Below, piece after piece: positions 25,846 to 36,912 of a DNA stretch of 64,000 nt (its first letter is position 1; each line of letters opens with the position of its first letter). This stretch comes from Camelus ferus (Eukaryota): positions 26,474,001 through 26,538,000 of the forward strand of contig NC_045712.1 in assembly GCF_009834535.1 (NCBI RefSeq). The letters are read 5' to 3'. Both the position numbers and the translations under genes were made by a program. The notes under the pieces are model-generated. The model was given only the letters and a program-made list of their open reading frames with translations. It was not told where the DNA came from and did no database searches.

Positions 25846-27799
25846 AAAAACCAAAATTCTTTTAAAGAAAACACATAAGAACAGCCAAGAAAATTATGAA
25901 AATAAAGACTAAAAAGGAAGACTTGTCTTCTAAAATATGACAACACATTTTTAAGCCATAGTAAATAAAACTGCTTTAGTATTAGTGCAGCACTAGATAG
26001 AGTACTGGAACAGAAAAGCAAGAAGGGGATCCATACACTGAGCTCCTCTCGATATTTTTTAGGAGACAGGAAGTTAAACGGAAACTCTGACGCTGAGATT
26101 ATGCCAATTTGTCCTCATCAATCTATAAAGGCTGGAACAGAAAGAAGAAAGTTCCCAGACATAACTCCACGTCCTTACATGAAGGACTTAGAGTCTTTTC
26201 CTGACTTCTCAATCTCCTGTTTTCTCCAGGACTCCTCTAGCTACCTGTCCCTGCCAGTGCTTAGTACAATTCTTCAGGCATTTTTGTAATTCTAGCAATG
26301 AGGGTAAAGCAGGCCCTTGGAGCGGGCTGTGTTATTTCCAAATATTTGCTTCCCTTTTCTGCAAAACAGTTATACTTTCCCATCTGCTGACATCAGGCAA
26401 ATACATGTGACCCGCCTCAGGCAGTGAAATGTGAGTGGAAATGACATGTCTGTCTTCCAAACAGCAACTTTAAGAGCCACTGTGTGGTTTCATCTCTCTT
26501 GCTCTCCTCCCTCTGTCACAGCACTCTTTGCCCCACATAGGGTCTGCTCTTTCACCCTTGGTCATGGACTGAAAGGACATGAAGTAGAGCCAAAGCTAAC
26601 CCACTAAGAGTTAGACAGGATTCCGGTTAGGTTGCTGTTGTTAGATAGCCATTGAGATTTGAGGTCATTTGTAACTGCAGCATAACTGAGCCTACAAAGC
26701 TCTTCTCCTTCCAGAACTACTAGCAGCAGTAGCTAACACTGATTAAGCAGGTACCATGTACCAGGCACCATGCTAAGTCCACTGTTTCATTAAAGTTCAC
26801 GACAAAGCCATGATGTGAATACTGCCACTACCTCCATCTCATAAAAAAAGGGAACCGAGAACTGGGAGATTAGGTCATTGGCTCACAGGACTGTATCACT
26901 TCCAAGTGGCAGCACCAAGCCTCTGGCTTCAGAGCAGCTTCATCAACCTCTGCCTCAATAAATGCCTTTGGAGCCAATGGCTGAATGAAAAAGCAGAGTG
27001 ATCAGACATCTAGAATCCACATAGAAGAAGCCACCCTTTTCAGAGTGACATAGAGAAAAGGATCACTATCTGACTGATAAGCTGGATTATGCTCTGGTAA
27101 CAAATGACCTCCAAAAATCTAAGTAATTAAAAGCAATTAGGGCTCCCCCGCTCCCTCATAACAGGTCGATCACAGGTTGGTCATATCTACAATTCAGACT
27201 GCAGAGGAAGAAAAATGGAAGGATGAGTGAATGGATGGATAGATGTGTGGAAGGAAGGAAGGACAATTTAATCATAGTATGTGGCAAAGATGGCATCCCA
27301 AATCAGTGAGGAAACAATGCCTCTTTAATAACTGGTGGGAGCAAACTATGATCTACATGGCAGTTCAGTATCTATTAAAATTGCAAACATGGCTTCTAAA
27401 ACCATTAGAATCTCCTTCACCTTGGTTAAAAAAGAAAACATGAGTCTCGGCAGACTTCTCACTGTGAGAGATGCCTGCTCCTTCAATCTCCTCCCCTCAA
27501 ATCACCATATGTCCTCACCTTTCTCTTTCCAGCACAACCCACCCCAGGGAGGCTCGAGGTGGCTAGGGGAAAGAGGTTGAGAAAAAGCCATTCTGCAAGA
27601 AATTCCAACAGAAATATGCAATATAGTCGACAGAATTACAGACCCCTCAGTGAAGACAGAATAAGAATGCCTTCCAGACATAGCAGGCTCCTCCAGGAAG
27701 CATTCTCCAAGAGGCGCGGAAGGCTCTGCCAGATGCATACAGACCCCCTTCTCGCAGGGCGGTGCTATCCAAGAGCAATATAGTGAGAGCCACAGTGCC

Positions 27800-28230
27800 A
27801 AACACATACATAATTTAAAATTTCCTAGTAGCCAACTTAAATCGTTTTTTAAAAAGTGGAATTAATTGTATTAAAATTTAATCCAGCATATCTAAAATAT
27901 TATCCTTTCAACCCATACTCAATATGAAAAGGTTAGCGATAGTTTATATTCTTCTTTTATATTTTTCCAGCCATCTCTTCGAAATCAGGTATGTATTTGA
28001 CACTTACAGCACATCTCAAAAAGACGTTAAATTTTCAAGGGTTAAAGGGAAATGTCTCGGCAAAACAATAAACTTGTGTCTGATGGGAAAATGTTTTAGA
28101 CTTCATTATTTAGTTACAAATTAATTAAAAGTAAGTAAATTTAAGAATGTAGTTCCTCAGTAGCACTAGCAACAACCCAAGCGCTCAAATGTCACTTGTG
28201 GCCATCGGCTGCTGGAGTGGACAGCGCAGA
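27800..28230. mobile_element. hAT-Charlie MITE (MER3/MER33-like)
   Basis: TTTAAAATTTCCTAGTAGCCA... and TAGCACTAGCAAC...GTGGC...GGCTGC...TGGACAGCGCAG terminus pattern. Confidence 0.45.
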
Positions 28231-28750
28231 TGGGACCCCTCAGCGGGAGGCGGGGCGGGGAAACTTGGGGAGGCGGCTGTAAACCACATGGACAGCGTAC
28301 TGGACACCATGGGAGGAAACCCCGCCAGATCCACAGGGAAGGCGAGCAGTCGGGAGGGGTGCTCAGCGCCCCCACAACGCGCACCCTTCATTCCCACGCA
28401 ACCTGAGGGACCGGCCTCAAGCTCGGATACCTCCCACGCCAGCCCGGCGCTGGAGGTCGCAGCGCAGGGGAGGGGAGGCGTTCACCCTCTTCCCGCCCAG
28501 GCACTGCCCCACTCACCGTCCGCGGCCGAGCCCAGGAGCTGCTCCCGCGGGGCCCACCTTGCGCCTGGGTAGGTGAGGTAGCGGCGGTAACTGCAGCCGC
28601 GACAACGTCAGGTCTGTGTCTCTGCAGGAAGTGCGTCACTGGCGAGCGCGCAGCCTGCCGGGAAGCGTAGTCTGGAGACAGAATGCGAGTAGTGCCGGAA
28701 GGAGAGTCTGAGTACGGTCTCATTGACCTGCTCCTTTCTCCTCGGGCACG
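28230..28750 (-). promoter_or_regulatory. CpG island / promoter of ZNF589 pseudogene
   Basis: CpG-rich block over exon 1 (donor G|GTGAGT at 28517). Contains a ZNF143/SBS-like ACTACGCTTCCCGGCAGGC (minus, 28653-28671) and ETS-type GGAAGT/CCGGAAG motifs (about 28627 and 28695). Confidence 0.7.
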
Positions 28751-28824
28751 TTTTTTGTTTTTACCACGGGTACCCATAAGCAAAATATAGTGTTGGTTCC
28801 ATGCTTTTAAGCATTACATAAATA

Positions 28825-28919
28825 AGTGGGAGGGTATAGCTCAGTGGTAGAGCGCATGCGTATCATGCAAAGTGTCCTAGGCTCAATTCCCAGTCCCTCC
28901 ATCCAATAAATAAATAAAT
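28825..28919 (+). mobile_element. tRNA-derived camelid SINE
   Basis: GGGAGGGTATAGCTCAGTGGTAGAGCGCATG..., (AAAT)n tail; TSD ATTACATAAATA at 28813-28824 and 28920-28931. Confidence 0.85.
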
Positions 28920-29144
28920 ATTACATAAATAGCCTTATAACGTAGGTACTAGCTCATTTTGCACAGTTTCTATGATGATATGCAGTAATCCATCCACTTG
29001 TGTTCACCGCTGTATGGTATCTATTGTAGAAATAGACCAATATTTCAATTGGGTATTACCTTGTCTTCTTGCGCACCCGTAGAGTTTCTCTAGGGCAGCG
29101 GTTCACAAACTTCTTGTTGTAATAACCCTTGTACATTCTTAAAC

Positions 29145-30455
29145 GTTTATTTTTTTCCAGTGTCATTGAGATATAATTGACATACAGCACTGTTTAAGTG
29201 CTTTAGGTGTACAGCATAACTGTTTGACTTACGTATATTGTGAAATGATTAACACAATAACTTTAGTTAACATCTATCATCTCATACAGATACCAAAAGA
29301 AAAAAAAAGTGTTTTCCTTGTGATGAGAACACTTAGGATCTACTCTCTTAACAACTTTGAAATGTACCATACAGCACTGTTAACTGTAGCCATCATTCAT
29401 TATTTATCCTATAACTGAAAGTTTGTACCTTTTGAGCACCTTCGTCCAATCCCTGCCCCAACTGTGGGAACCGCATATCTGATCTCATTTTCTATGAGTT
29501 TGGCGAGGTTTTTTGTTTTTTGTTTTTCATATTCCACATACAAATGAAATCATACAGTATTTGTCTTTCTCTGTGACTTATTTCACTCAGCATAATTATA
29601 TATATATATAGTCTTCTTTATCCAGTCATCCATAGATGAACACATAGGTTATTTCCAGGTCTTGGTTACTGTAAATAACTCTGCTATGAATATGTGGGTG
29701 CAGATATCTCTTCTATANNNNNNNNNNNNNNNNNNNNNNNNNNNNNNNNNNNNNNNNNNNNNNNNNNNNNNNNNNNNNNNNNNNNNNNNNNNNNNNNNNN
29801 NNNNNNNNNNNNNNNNNNNNNNNNNNNNNNNNNNNNNNNNNNNNNNNTCACCAACAGTGCACAAAGGTTCCCTTTTCTCCACATCCTTGCCAGCTTTTGG
29901 TATCTCTTGTCCTTTTGAGGATAGCCATGCTAACAGACATGGGGTGATATCAGACTGTACTTTTGATTTGCACTTCTCTAATATTTAGAGATGTTGAGCA
30001 CCTTTCCATGTACCTGTTGGCCATTCATACATCTTCTTAGGAAAGAATGTCTATTGAGGTCCTATGTCCATTTTTTTAAATTGGATTATTGAGGGGGGGA
30101 GTGTTTGTTANNNNNNNNNNNNNNNNNNNNNNNNNNNNNNNNNNNNNNNNNNNNNNNNNNNNNNNNNNNNNNNNNNNNNNNNNNNNNNNNNNNNNNNNNN
30201 NNNNNNNNNNNNNNNNNNNNNNNNNNNNNNNNNNNNNNNNNNNNNNNNNNNNNNNNNNNNNNNNNNNNNNNNNNNNNNNNNNNNNNNNNNNNNNNAGGTG
30301 TCATATCCAAAATATCATTGCTGAAATGCATGTCAAGGAGCTTTTTTCCCCTATGTAGTCTTCTAGGAGTTTTATGGTTCTTGGGCTTACATTTAAGTCT
30401 TTAATTCATTTCAAGTTAATTTTTGCAACTAGTGTAACACAGAGGCTTAATTTCA
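29145..30455 (-). mobile_element. L1 3' portion (ORF2 end + 3'UTR), broken by two assembly gaps (29718-29847, 30111-30295)
   Basis: GAGATATAATTGACATACAGCACTG, TCACCAACAGTGCACAAAGGTTCCCTTTTCTCCACATCCTTGCCAGC and GATGTTGAGCACCTTTCCATGTACCTGTTGGCCATT L1 motifs. Confidence 0.75.
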
Positions 30456-32057
30456 CTTAAAATTATTGACAACCCCAAAGAGCTTTTTTTTAACGTGAAC
30501 TAAATTGATTTCTGTTTATTGTACTAGATATTTCAATGAAGAAATTTTTGATATTGATATATTAATTCACTTAAAAAATAACAAACTGATTACTTATAAA
30601 CATAAATTATATATTTTAATGAAAATATTTGTGTTTCCTTTAAAAAAACTAGTGACAAAAGAAGCATTGTTTTACATGTTTGCAAATTTATTTAATGTTT
30701 TACAAATTTGCAAATCTCTTTAATGGGAGAAGCTGAATTCCCTATCTGCTTCTGTATCTAATCTGTTGGGATATCTGTCAAGCACAAGACCAGAGGAGAG
30801 TTCTGATAGATTTCACAGATTAAATAACAATGAATCATTGTTTGATTCTGCCAGTTTATTAGTTATGTAGACAGAAAAAAGAAAAGTAGTGAAAGGTGCC
30901 AATCCCCAAGGCCCTTATACAATGTGACACCAGAATAAAAGGGACCAGATGATTCATCACAAATAATAGGGGACACACTTTTGCTGAGGAGCCAGTTCTA
31001 CACTTCAATTGAACAGTTTTATACTTTACAACTGTACCCTGAGGAGGCCAGAGCAGAAAGCCCTATACATCATCAAAATTCTCCTAAGAGATGCGAGATG
31101 AATGGGAGATGGCATTAGAGCAATTGCTTCTCACAAGCCTCCCAAGCTTTCAGGTTCCGAGATCACAAGACTCTGATTTGCTGCAGTTCAAGCCTTGCTT
31201 GCAGGGCTATATGCCTATATGCAAGGTCACGAGGGTAGAGCCATTGCCCTACAGGTCTACACCCCTACTTACATATATCCAACTAAGGATTCTTACTACA
31301 AACATAGCCACCCCATCAGACTTTAATTAATTGTGCTGATAGAGGTTTGGATCAAAACTGTCCTAAATGTTTTAGGCAACATCAGATGAGTGTGACCATG
31401 ACTATGAATCCCTGTAGAATGATCAGACCCATTTGGAATAGCAACGAGCAGGCTACCCATCTAGAACCAAATCAGTTAAGTTGGCAACTGCATATGCTCC
31501 ATCTCAAAAGCCAGCAGGAAGACTAGGGCAATGCCACTCTTTACCTCTTCATCTGTTAGTCAGCATTCACAGGCTGAGAACAGAGGGGACATAACCCCGC
31601 AGGCATCTCCTGGAAAGGCTGGGAAGGAGGTTGTGAAGGGGGCACCTGGGGGCCATCAGCATCCATGTCCCACACTGCAAACAGCTGGGGGACTGGGCAT
31701 CGCCCAGTGAGTAGGATCTGGGCAGGGCTCTCACAGCACCTACCCCGCCCAGGGACCAGCATCCCCCTGGGCACTTCAGAACCAATGGGGTCAAAACTGA
31801 ACTGTCACCTCCCCCCATGCTCATCTCATACCTACACTAGGATGCTGAGCAGCCCCTGACCCCACTCTCAGGAAGCCCCCCATTGTCCACCTGTCAGAGA
31901 ATCAACCTGCCTCATCCTCTCTGCACTGACTGCATCCCAGTCACCCCGACTCTGTCAGCCTCTGGGACAACCTTACTTCCATTGTATCTTCCCTTTGGCC
32001 ACTGCCCTGGGGGTAAGGGTCCTTGCTGAAGTCCCTCAAAATTCACTCCACCTGAAT

Positions 32058-32085
32058 ACACACACACACACACACACACACACAC
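32058..32085. repeat. (AC)14 microsatellite
   Basis: Read directly from the sequence. Confidence 0.9.
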
Positions 32086-34305
32086 TGAAGCCAAGGTGAT
32101 GGCTAAGATGGACAAGGATAGCCTCTCTCAGTACTAAAATCATCACTCCATCATTGGCTCCCTATTGGACTTCAGGACCTTGGTCTGTCTATCTCTCCAC
32201 TCCCACCATGACCCTACCCCACCCATGCCCATGTAAAGCACTGAGCAGAGTGTCATTCCCCACTCCTACCATGCCAGTTGCTGTGCTTGGCCTAAGCAAT
32301 TTTCACATCAAAACACCCTCCGTTCCCCCGTACTGGGCTCAGGTCCCCTCTATTACACATCCATCACACTGTGGGCGTCACTCCCCAGTAGAACTCACCA
32401 TCCAGAAGTTTACTGTCAAGGAGAATTGACAAGCCAGAGTGTGATGGCTCTTGCTCAGTGCCATTCATGAAAGGGCCTAATACTTGTTCGCTGAGGGGTA
32501 AGAGGTCTAACAGTCAAACAAAATATACTGTCACAGTCAGTCACTTTAGAAGGATCTGACAAGGTCCCCAGACATCCCAGCCAGGAAAAATTACAGCTCC
32601 CTGCTCACAGATTGAGACGGAAACAATGTAAATGTCCATTCCTTTAGACTATAACACACCATGTATGCACGTAGAAGACCTGGTCCATGGCAAGGGAATT
32701 CTGAATAACACCCAAGTAAATTATGAAAGCACAAAGCAGGGCTGAGGATAAGAAGGGTTGCCATGAAAGGAGGATAGGCAACCTTGGGAGGAAATGGAAA
32801 CAGATGAGATCAGCACAGCCCATATCATCCTGATGAGTGAGCCCTCTCTCAGGCTGGACAGTGATGGACCAGCTGTGATGAGCCTGACGTGGAGTATCTT
32901 CTGATTTCCATGTAGTAAATTCTTCCAACAAGGCTAATTCCAAGCAACTAAGAATTCAGTGACCAGCTCAGAAAATCCTGAAATTTTAACAAGTAGCTCT
33001 GAAAGGCTTCTATGCTGTGGCAGAGACACGACACAGTCCCTAGATTTCCTCTGTGAGGTTTCCTCCTTCAACCTGGGGTGACATAGAGTGAGACGCATGA
33101 ATTCATCTAACCTGCCTGAAATTAGCCCCACCTGCTCCCCAAGAACAGACAAGCCTGACAGATTACAGAGCAAAGTACTCTGCGCGGTCCTGCCTCCTGT
33201 CCTTCTCAGACACGGGGCTCTGTGTGTTGGTGCAGGTCGGCCCAGGAGCAGAGCTCAGGCCAGCATTCAAGAGGAAGCAGGTGCTCTGGGAGGCGATTCC
33301 TTCGAAGCACCAGCAGAAAAATAGAGAAGTGAGACCGGGCAGAATCGACATCAGAAGAGGACAAGTCAATAGACAGGTCACTGAAGCGGGGACAGGGGAT
33401 CCACCCAGCTGGGGACCTCAGGGAGGGGGGACACATCTGGGAGTGGGCCCCCCAAGGAGTGAGGAACAGAAGAGACGTTTCCACCAATGAGGGAAAAGTC
33501 CCAGCGATGGTTGGTTGAGGCTGCTCCCGGGAATGCCGCCTCCCCCGTGATTCCAGTCTGCCCCCCAGCAAAGGTCAGCCTACAGAGTGCGGAGTGGGCA
33601 GGACAGGGACAGTGTCTGAAACCCCCAGGCAAACAGACATGTGGCCTGTGTGTCACTGTGTGTGTCTCTCACTCAGGCAGAGCCCTTCACCCCGATGAGC
33701 AGGTGGCTTGCTTCTAATGGTGCCAATTGTGGTACCATTTGATTCTTGAACACAAGCCCACACCTGAAATCTGAGACCCCGCAGAAGAAAGACTGAATTG
33801 TCTCAATGCCCAGAGCAAAAGCCAGGAAGGGTGGGCTCTTGCAGAGTTCAGATTGTGAGGGAAGTCGAACAATCTGGACATTGTACCTGCAGGCTGACCC
33901 TAGAGCCCGCCAGCAGGAAACTGAGCTGTGTCTCCCTGACTGATTAACAAGTGGTCTGGTCCTCCTGGACTGTCACCTCCATACCAGCAGGAACAGCATC
34001 CTAAGCAGCCCTGCACACAGACAAGGTCTCCTTAAGACCCTACTGGATGGAGAAGGAGGAGGGCGGGGGAGTGTGAAGGGCATGGGGTTCCTGGGAATGT
34101 AGACCTGTCATGTCCCTTCCGGCCCTGCTGCCTCCCCCCGCCATCCTGGAAGGAACAGCTGCCACACCCATCTCTGCGTTCACGGAAGTGACCACATTCA
34201 CAGACACACACACGCAAACACACCCACACACAACCTCGGCCTCCCAGCGTTTAGGACCTGGTGACAGTAAGTGGGAGATACCGGAGGAAGTTGTTTTCAG
34301 AACAA

Positions 34306-34311
34306 TTTATT
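34306..34311 (-). terminator. Poly(A) signal, gene A
   Basis: AATAAA about 100 nt after the stop. Confidence 0.7.
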
Positions 34312-34413
34312 TCAGAATCTGAAACACTGAGCCAGAATAAAAAAGACCCTTAGGACTTCCGGGGGCTCACAATTCAGCAGAGTCCTCTGATGGGCAAGGT
34401 ATCAGCCAATCCT

Positions 34414-36279
34414 TCACCGTCGTCTTCTAACAAACGGCCGCGGAAATGGAAATGGTGGTATTGGCGGGATTGGTGGGAAAGGGGGAAATGGGAAGGGTCC
34501 AGGTGGGAATGGTGGTGGAAAAAATCCCCTTACACTCTGGAGCTGTGAACCAGGAAGAAACAGGCTTCTTGTCAGTACTGATCCAGAATCAAAATGATTC
34601 AGGTCCCTTTCTACACATCCTACTCCTGAGCCACTCCTGGAGGCTTGGGTCCCATTCACTCTGTGGCTATAACTTTGGAGCATGTGGTTGAATCCCTACT
34701 CCCATAGACAGATGAGAAAACCAGGACACAGAGATGCCAAGGCCTCCCCGGATCACTGGCCACCACAGCTGGACAGAAGCAGAAGCAGAAATCCCATTAC
34801 TGTAGTCAGTGCCTCTCAAACTTCAGCACAGTCAGAATCCCCAGGAAGGCTTCTTAAAATACAAATTTCTGGGACCCACCCCAACTTTGTCTCAGTAGGT
34901 CTGAATGTGGACTAAGAAGCTGCCTTTCCAATAGTTCCCAGGTGATAATGCCACTTAGAGAACAAACCACTGCTCTAAGGGATTGCAGAGCCCAGGCTGG
35001 AGACTTGGGCTCAGGTAAGGGGGGAGCCAGGGTAGGAAGCCCTGAATGAACAAGAACAAAACTGGTCCAAATGATGTTCCACACCTCTCCCCAGAGCAGC
35101 TCAAAACAAGAAGGGCCACTCACCTTATTACAACTGATGTCTATTTGGTCCTTGACCTGGTCCAGAGTGACTGTCCCCAAACACTGTTTCACCACCTGGA
35201 AGGGGAACCTCCAGTTCAGACTGGAATCCCTGAGCCATAAACACACAGCCTCACCCCAGGGGCTGCTAACCACCCTCCGAAGCCTCTTGTTCGGGTCCTT
35301 GGGAGGCATCCGCCAGCGTTCTCAGCTCCCAGCCTCACCCCTTTCTCCTTGAAGTCACACTGCTCCGGTGGCAGCTGTGTCCTCTTGGGACACACGGTCT
35401 CCTTCACCGTGAAGCTCACAGGCTTCGGGGCGTCTGGGTCCTCATCCTGCTCAAGGATCGAAGTGGGGAGACTGGCTCAGGCTCATGCTTCCTTGGGTGA
35501 CCTGTGTCCCTGCCCCGCAGCAGAACAGCCCTCTTGAAAGCCCATCCCATGTGCCTCGCCCTGGGCTGCGGGCTGGGTGTAGAGGGGAGGAGGACACAGC
35601 CTGGTCCTGGGCTCCCAGGCACACAGGGAGCAGGAGGGGACCTCAGACCCCATCTCATGAGAAGCACATCCCCCTTTGAGGGGCTGAGGGAAGTCAGGGG
35701 CACCTGCAGGGAAAGACCTTGTCACTGGAATCTCCAGGCTGAGCACACCCCTTCTCTGGTGGGGAGACAATGGCATGCACAGGGGATTGGAAGCAGGGAA
35801 TTCACATCCCAGAGCCAGTGACCCCAGCGTATCCCTGGAGCCCCCAGGAGTCCCTGGTGCCTGAGAGGGCTGTCAGGGCTCTGTTCCCACAGCAGAGATG
35901 CCAGGCAGAAGGCTCTCACAAGGGGAGGGGACCCAGCTCTGGGAGGATGTCTGTGAGAGGTGGGATCCCACCTAGAGGGAGAGGTGCCTTCCTGACAGGA
36001 GGTACAGCGCGAGCAAAGGGAGGGACAGTGTGGCCAAGCCTGGCGGGAGACGCCTCCCTCCCCAGCCCCTCCCCGACTCACAGCCTTGGGCGGCAGGTCC
36101 AGCTCCAGGAGGCGGTAGAGATTGGGGTCTGAGGACTGCTCATTGAGGCGATCCACAGCTCGAAGCACCGCCTCCCTAAAGCTCAGGGCCTGGGCGCTGG
36201 CCCAAGGCACCGCTAGTCCCAGCAGCAGTAGCCACAGTGACCAGCGGCGCGTGGAGAGGCTGGCCCTCTGGGTCTCCAT
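34414..36279 (-). CDS. Cathelicidin gene A (CAMP/CATHL family), 168-aa precursor with Pro/Phe-rich mature peptide; exons 36279-36082, 35446-35339, 35195-35124, 34542-34414
   Basis: Canonical cathelicidin layout (198/108/72 nt + peptide exon, GT-AG). Signal [29 protein letters not shown]. Cathelin domain with 4 Cys ([45 protein letters not shown]). Exon 4 LQSV|[38 protein letters not shown]. Confidence 0.95.
34807..34972. mobile_element. MER5A (hAT-Charlie) in intron 3 of cathelicidin A
   Basis: CAGTG.CTCTCAAACTT...CAGAATC...GGGACCCACCCC...CAGTAGGTCTG...TTCCCAGGTGAT...ACCACTG. Homologous copies at 43985-44146 (B), 52953-53117 (C) and 62103-62268 (D), so it predates the duplications. Confidence 0.75.
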
Positions 36280-36319
36280 GGTCCCCGAGTCTGCCTCCTC
36301 CCAGCCCACAGGACCCTCC

Positions 36320-36354
36320 TTTATGCTCAGCCTGGGCCTGATGCAATTGCTCAA
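36320..36354 (-). promoter_or_regulatory. Cathelicidin A proximal promoter: C/EBP site + C/EBP-ATF-like site + TATA-like CATAAA
   Basis: Minus strand TTGAGCAATTGCATCA...GAGCATAAAGG, with CATAAA about 40 nt upstream of the ATG. The same module precedes all four genes. Confidence 0.65.
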
Positions 36355-36912
36355 GCAGGAGCCTTCCCCACCTGCCCCATCCCTGCCCCCGGCCAGGGTG
36401 TGAGCTGGACTTGCCTCAGGCCCCGCTCTTGCCTCAGGGGATTGCTGGGCAGTGGGTGAGGTTGCCTCCTGTGGAAGGTGAAGAAATGGTTTCTCCATCT
36501 CCCTCACAGCATCTCGGCCTCTCCTGGGCCCCATGGGGCAGTTTCATGAGCAGGGTTGCTCCAGAGGGTTGAGTCCTCCAGGAGACGGAGGGACCAGGCT
36601 GTGTCCTAAACCCTCTCGGCCTCCTCACTGTGACCTCCTGAGAATCAAGCTGAAGGAGTGTATTCACCACACAACCTCCATCTCTACACACCGCCTGGCA
36701 CCCAGTAGGCATCTAGTTAAAGTTCGATGAATGGATGACAGCACCACCTCCAACCAAAGCCTGATGCAGTCAGCCAGCACCTGGGCAGACAGTCAAGAAC
36801 CCTCCATCCTGCTCTCTAGACTCAGCCCTCAGCCAGTGAGGGGCTGCGCTCCATCTGTCACCTCTCCTGGATTCTTCTCCACTGCCTTTCTCAACCTAAA
36901 AATGTCTTGTCC

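Larger units (their letters stand above)
16540..28559 (-). pseudogene. ZNF589: ZNF589 (KRAB C2H2 zinc finger) unitary pseudogene; recognisable exons 28559-28517, 22641-22519 (KRAB-A), 17792-~16540 (spacer + fingers)
   Basis: Exon 1 reads (R)WAPREQLLGSAAD, against human MWAPREQLLGWTAE as recalled; the ATG-equivalent is AGG. The KRAB exon GPVKFKDVAVIFSEAEWKRLSLE... is 123 nt rather than the canonical 127 and runs into TAG at 22530-22528. The last exon starts ADSKPEVHLWPSCPLAFGSHQFLSQ, then frameshifts and has TAG at 17376-17374. The finger array [27 protein letters not shown]... stops at 17026-17024, with more stops downstream. Position between NME6 and the cathelicidins matches human synteny. 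Confidence 0.88.

Noticed and set aside
22642-28516. Expected short second exon of ZNF589 (human ALPAKDSAWPWEEKPRYL)
   Set aside because: I could not locate a convincing match by eye; not annotated.
28825-28900. tRNA-Ala-like sequences (also 2104, 2284, 8390-8464) as tRNA genes
   Set aside because: A-rich tails, TSDs and imperfect stems identify them as tRNA-derived SINEs.
29649-30404. ORFs containing X runs (also 49002-49451)
   Set aside because: Artefacts of translating across N gaps.
34446-34691. Gly-rich antisense [20 protein letters not shown]... (mirror 62384-62629)
   Set aside because: Shadow of the Pro-codon-rich exon 4 on the opposite strand.
35722-36534. 270-aa ORF (and similar 45114-45674, 51561-51995, 60616-61053) as single-exon proteins
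   Set aside because: These are cathelicidin exon 1 plus read-through into GC-rich promoter and intron sequence; the Kozak ATG and GT donor define a 198-nt exon.
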